A stretch of DNA of 64,000 bases from Saccostrea echinata (lineage: Eukaryota). This document shows positions 49,857 to 64,000 of this stretch, piece after piece. The notes beneath the pieces are model-generated. The model worked only from the letters and a program-made list of their open reading frames with translations, was not told the DNA's origin and did no database searches. The DNA lies in contig NW_026889750.1 of assembly GCF_033153115.1 (NCBI RefSeq), forward strand, positions 22,568,001 through 22,632,000, read 5' to 3'. The translations under genes and the position numbers were made by a program. Position 1 is the stretch's first letter, and every line of letters starts with the position of its first letter.

Positions 49857-49949
49857 TACATGATTTTGAAGTTCAAGTTTTGAATACCTAATAAGGTTGA
49901 ATTCAACACCATCATAAAAAAGAAATGTTACATTTCTTTAAATCATGTA
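49857..49949 (-). promoter_or_regulatory. Candidate type II SECIS element in the SELENOO 3' UTR
   Basis: Minus strand reads AUGAU-GGUGUUGAAU-UCAA-CCU-UAUU-AGG-U-AUUCAAAACU-UGAA (49915-49872). It has a UGAN/NGAN core, a 10-bp upper stem with one G.A mismatch and one G.U, unpaired AA, and an apical mini-stem. Flanking UACAUGAUUU/AAAUCAUGUA can form a lower stem. It lies ~470 nt after the stop of a UGA-Sec gene. Confidence 0.72.
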
Positions 49950-50380
49950 ATATTATAATATCCCTTTCTGTTAATACCACACAGAACTATGTGACAGCCT
50001 GTTCCTAATTATTGAAATCACTGCTGCCAAGTCTCATTACAATTAACTGTTGTGGAAGACATGTTTACACAGCCCTTAAATCACATACAATTTCATTAAG
50101 TTCTCATAAATATCACATTCAGAGGTGCAGACTGCATTGAATATAGAGAAATAATATCAAAATGAAATTCAGAAACAATCCCCTAAAAAGGGGAATATCA
50201 ATAAATTGTTATTAGATAATTCTTATTTTGATCACTACTGTTTAAAAATAGTGATTTTGAAGATTGAATCATCAGTATCTCGCTATAACTACCACTTATT
50301 ATATACGTCTGAAGTAAACCAGTTTTATGAAATATGACATCAGAGTCCAGTCTTCAGGAACAGGCAAAGTCTGTGAGGTT

Positions 50381-58698
<8,318 letters not shown>

Positions 58699-61688
58699 GT
58701 CATGTTTCGTAAAACGTAAATACAATCGGACTCGATATTTAGATGAGAAAACACATTCCGACCCCGATCTAATTGTTTTGTGCAACCAACTCAATGCCAG
58801 ACCGGTAAGGTGATCTTGCTTTAAATGTTCAAAATATCACATTGACTCGAATCTTCTTTGTTTTTATAATATATTTAATCTAAATTTACTCACCAGACGT
58901 AAATATTACGTAATGTCTGTCAAACATCACGTGATCATAAGTAGTAATGGTGGTCAAATTTGATGTTTAGCTGGACCATCTATGGCCAGACCTTGGTAAT
59001 TTAGTATTTCTGAAGTCTACAATTTTATATTTTTGAGGTTTTTAATATAAGATCATTAATAGCTTTTGATGAATTTCGGAATGTATCAAGCAGTTGTTAA
59101 AAATTACTTGTTTTTGACCAGGGACGTACATGTACACAGTCGTTTTAGGTGCGGTATCGGTAGCGAATCAGTTTGTTGTTATGTCGTGCACTCAACCTAC
59201 ATAATCGAAGTTTTAAATGTTCTAGGTTTTTGTTCAATTTGCATTTCTATGCTTTTCAAATAAGTGTTACCAAAATTCCCAAAATATGAATGGTACATGC
59301 AGAGAGATGTCAATCCCCCCCTTATTTTCCTAGTTTCGAATTCATTTTTCAAATTCAGTATTGAATCAAGCGCCCTCTACTGTTGCGGATCCAATAAATT
59401 AAATCGATTGATGAAATATGCCTTTAAAAAATTCTACATAAAGTATAGAAACATTTCTTGTCGAGTTATATGACCCCCCCCCCCCCCCCCAAACAAAAAA
59501 AAAAAACTAAAGGGGTATGAAAAATTTAGCATTTTATGTTTAATTTACAAATTTGTTTGTTGTTTAACGTCCCTAGCATTTTATGATAAACTTTCGTAAT
59601 ATGCTTTAATAAAATCAAATCAACCATCTCTGACTCGGAAGGCAGAATTTTCTTGGAATATCTTTGCTTGTAATTTGTTTTGGTAATATCTTCACTTCTG
59701 CCAGCTTTTCAGGATTTTGCATCCCGTAAAACGACTTTTTCGAACTTCGAATATTTATGATTTGAAACTAGGAAAACATTACGTAGTTAGTTTGGGTGTT
59801 ATAATTTCATTTAAAAGCCAGTTATTGTTTATTTTAATATTTTAACTTGTTACAATTATCCTAAATATTGATAACATACTCAATCTGAATCGATAACACA
59901 CTGAAAATTTTGATTTAGATGCATTTGTTTACACACTTTCGTTTTCTATGACTTGCACTTGCGCGTGATCAAATCTCAAATTGTTATTACTGTGGAAAAT
60001 AATATTATGCAGATGTTACAAATACAATACACGGGAGTATATTCATCCTTTTATTGTATTTACCTAGTAAGAAAGATTTAAACCCTTCACTATGTTTTCA
60101 AGAAAATTTAAATAAAAAAATATTCGGAACTGGCAAGTATATATATTCGTATTTTTGTAATAGTATGTACATCTCTGCTTTGACTGAAAGAGCAGTTTAA
60201 TAATTATATTTCTTTCCTTCACCACAGGGGTTAATCCTCTTTAGTTACTGAACGCAATATGCACTATCATTTTTAAGGAAAGGAATCGAACTCTGAAATG
60301 TAATAATTGGTCTAACTAATCGACCCACTTCAAACGCTTAAAAATTGTTTAAAATGGCACTGATGTCGAATTTTTCTGAACGAATCCTTGAGTTATAATT
60401 TTAAAACGTGTCTAACAAGTACATGTGTATATCAGGTCGATACTTTTTTAAAAAAAAAGGTGGATGGAGGTATGCACTACTTATGTAGGGAATTCACCCT
60501 CGTTTTGTGTAATACACTGTATTGACAAATAATTAGTGGTCCGAATTACGACACCGAATCTCAGACAGGATTCCCAATATTGGAGCCAGATTTTATCATA
60601 CGACTAGGGGATTCGACACCTCGATGTATCTTAATGGCGTTAATTTTATAGTGATACTACGTAAAACGTTAACGTTGAAAAAACAAAATTTAAAAAAGTT
60701 ATAAACATTTCAATAAAACGCACATATTTCAAATATGATGAAACTTCATACTGGAAGATAAAACCTTGATTCAAATATATTTTAGTTTTTTTTTTTTTTA
60801 GATTGAACACACTGTTAGAAGGATAATTTATGGGAAAAACGAAATTCGTTCGGATGAACACAGTCAGTGGAAGGATGTGGCCCTGTCCACAAACAAGTGT
60901 TAATTTTTTTCTAAAGATTACGGTATTTTATGTTTCTTGGGGCGGGGGGGGGGGTTCATTTTTTCTTATCCTTGCTACAATCACCTAAATATTTCTATTA
61001 TTCTTACAAATGTATATACATGTATATACGTCAAAGCATTTAGCATCCTATGGCAAGCAGTGCCTTGTTTAAGCAAAATTTAATATTGATTTAAAAAATG
61101 CCAAGAACACATATGAAATATTAATATACTGTTTTCATGAAAAGCTTATAATGAAAAAAAATGTTTTTAAATCATGAAAGTATTTTAATCTATACTTTGG
61201 TGGTTAAACATTCTTCCCCAAACTAGTAATAAGACGACAGAAGAACAACACTAATTATATGTTTTTAATGATTTCGTCTGTCTTGCCTTCATCAATGATT
61301 CAGCATTATATTGGCATTAGTGTTTTCATTGAGGTTATAGATACAAAGTTACCCTTGGTTCTGTGTCTTTATCTCAGTAATGATTGATTGACCTGTTTAA
61401 ACACTTCAAAGAATATATCATATGCAGCAATATAAAGGGTCGAAGTTGAACAATTTCGGGCGTTTAAAGATTGTTCGGTGCGCCAGCCTTTCACGCCTCG
61501 GCAGGCGGAGTAGAGGACCGCATTTAAATTAAATTGTTCGATCTTGTCGACGCCATGTGTATCAAGTAACGACATAATATTGATCCACGGAAATACTCTT
61601 GTGTACAACGAAGCAGACGCATCCAGATTCCAAATCATTTTTGTTTTTTCCATTTCGAATCGCCAAGGCAACAGCTTTGTTGGTTACC

Positions 61689-63594
61689 ATGAAAACATTG
61701 AGAAGTAAGTCATTCCATCGATGTGTCGGATCTATTTCATTTTTATGAATTCATGATCAGCGAGTATGAAATGGCAATGTATTGCGACTTTAAAACGCTT
61801 CTACATGTACGGAATGCATTGTTGTTATTGCTATTTTTAACGTACATTAATCTGTTTTTAGTGTAAGCATGCCAAGTAATATCATTTTTAACCCTTCACT
61901 GTGAGTGTCAAATGGACTTTTTAAATGATTTTGTAGTACAGTACACGTTGCCCATTAATAAGTTGTAGTTAATAAACAAATTAATCTCCTTCATTACATT
62001 TATAATCTTGTGGAAGTGGACTTCAAGAATCTTCAGAACTAAACCTGACGGCTGATGTACACAAAATGTTGTATATTGAATGTACACAGAGAGAAATGTA
62101 GGACTATCCCGGGTGTTGTTTGAAGTAATATACGGTACATTTGAAAACGTGGGGTTTTAAGACTAACCGAACTGCATGATTGAGATTTATCATTGTTGAA
62201 AATTGTTTCAGCTTTAACTAACAATCTAAGAAGATATCGTGAGTGAAACATTGATTACAATAACCCTTCAAAATGATAAACATCAAAGGTAGGTAATTTA
62301 GATTTGTCAGCTTTGATTACCAATTCTTAGACCAAACAATTATACGACACCAAGAATTCAATTAAATGTATAAGCAAGTTAAATTTACACTTCAGATTGC
62401 TCTTGCATTACAAGTGTTTTGTACTAATTGTGATTTTTTTTTTTTTTTGTATTCTTGTAGGCCAAATTGAAGGGTATGATAAGGCTCGAGTTGGCATTAT
62501 ATTCGATCATGATGAGCTAAGGCCGGGGATGACGGTCAAGGGTCATGTACAAGTTAACTTGCAAACTTCACTTGAAGTCCATTGTGAGTATAAGACATGA
62601 TCAATTTTACTGCGATATTCTGTTGGCAGATATTAAGTTTTACCTTGAAAAACAGTACCCTCACGCCAGTAAACTATACACTTTTAAAAAGACTACATAT
62701 GATGTCATTGAAATATTATAATATTTCTCACGTCATATTTTGAAATTGCAGACGTTAAGATCCGGTTTCATGGTCTTGCGCAGACGCACACAGCCGTGCA
62801 CTCCACAGACTACAGCTATGGTCTGGGTTACAACACTGATGATGGCGATAAGGAAGTCTACCTCAATGAGCTGCTAACTCTGTACGAAGGTATTCTAACA
62901 TTCTGAGAGTTCGATTAAAAAATAAAGTCGTTATAAAGTCGCCAATAAATAGTCATTGACATTTTATTTTATTAGTAGTGTGGGTTCCATTTTTATAAGA
63001 ATTCTTGGATCTCCTCTTCTTGAATCTTTTGTCACACAGCTGCTGAATAATTATGCCAGTATAGGCATGTAGTATGCCGACAAAGCAAATTCAAAGTTAA
63101 AACGTAAGAAGAAAAACATTGAGTAATTTCATAAGAACACTTATGTTTAATAACTTTCACCAAAAAATTAAGAAACGAATATTTCTCCTTATTTTACCTT
63201 CAACAGATTATGTTCTTATCCAAAAAAAAAAAATCTTTATAAGGATATTTCAGTGTTTATATTAGGTTCTTTATGGTTAAAAGGTATGGACAAGAAGATG
63301 TATATACAGGATCGATGTATTTGCCACATTTAGGCCTAAACATCATTCTTCGTTATTTCAGCGGACCAAGACAGCGAGGGGATATTGGAGGCTGGAAACC
63401 ACACGTACCCTTTTGAAGTGGACTTTCCAGAGAATATGCCTTCTTCATTTTCAGAACACAACGGAATGGGTCACGTGATCTATCACTGTCACGTACAGAT
63501 TGGACGGCGTTTTGCATATAGCCCTGACATCGCAAAGACAAAATGGTTTGATGTTCTCCGACCCCTCAGTTTAAAGACTATTCCTGAAGCTCTG
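61689..63594 (+). CDS. Alpha-arrestin / arrestin domain-containing protein (ARRDC/TXNIP-like), 5' part; continues beyond the window
   Basis: Exons 61689-61704 (putative MKTLR micro-exon), 62461-62583, 62752-62889, 63362-63594 splice in frame. Arrestin_N motifs: PGMTVKGHVQVNL, VKIRFHGLAQT, EVYLN, LEAGNHTYPFEVDFPENMPSSF, GHVIY. Confidence 0.88.
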
Positions 63595-64000
63595 GTAAGA
63601 TTTACCAATTTAAGTATTTGAGGAAATAAGGGAAAACCGAATCAAATCTAGAAGTATTACAATGTATCTTATTGAGACCTTTCTCTAACCCTTTTACCCT
63701 CTAATCATCAGGAAAAAGAAGGATGGGCTTATTTTGACCAGGCTGAGGATAGTCTAGTCTAAGAGCATTCATTTGACCACTTCCCTTCCCCCCTATCCCC
63801 CTATCCAAATGATACTAATAGTGAATATCATTTCCGCTTTCATTTAAATGCAAATTAATTAATGCATAACAAATACGTGTTTATTTATGCACAGAAATTC
63901 AAATTCATTTCTGATCTATTAATGCAAAAGTTAGATTTTTCTGCTTGACGTGAAATGATACTCTACTACGTAAAAAAGGCTTTATAATGTTTTTAAGCTT

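Overview
AT-rich eukaryotic genomic DNA with spliceosomal GT-AG introns. The repeat landscape suggests a bivalve, probably an oyster (inference). Six intron-containing genes can be rebuilt by hand. (1) A secreted PAN/apple-EB-PAN protein, 15693-19075 (+). (2) An orphan low-complexity Ser/Pro/Arg/Gln-rich gene with only phase-0 introns, about 25243-27093 (+). (3,4) Two tandem secreted PAN/apple + C-type lectin genes, 32005-43366 and 44320-48002 (+). (5) A complete 13-exon selenoprotein O (SELENOO), 58698-50381 (-), with an in-frame UGA in a C-terminal RVT-U-SS motif and a candidate type II SECIS at about 49872-49915. (6) The 5' part of an alpha-arrestin (ARRDC-like) gene, from 61689 (+), running off the window. 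The rest is non-autonomous mobile DNA: Helentron/HINE-like elements with ~125-bp internal arrays, MITEs with TA, TTA/TAA, TTAA, 6-bp and 8-bp target duplications, a decayed mariner, tRNA-derived SINEs, long palindromic elements, and a 45-bp satellite with higher-order structure inside a LINE relic. There are two N gaps. I see no CRISPR or prokaryotic system. The strongest novelty candidates are the exon-shuffled PAN-headed secreted gene cluster, the orphan gene with duplicated upstream micro-exons, the Cys-less RxxU SELENOO tail, and the GCGAAGC-capped palindromes.
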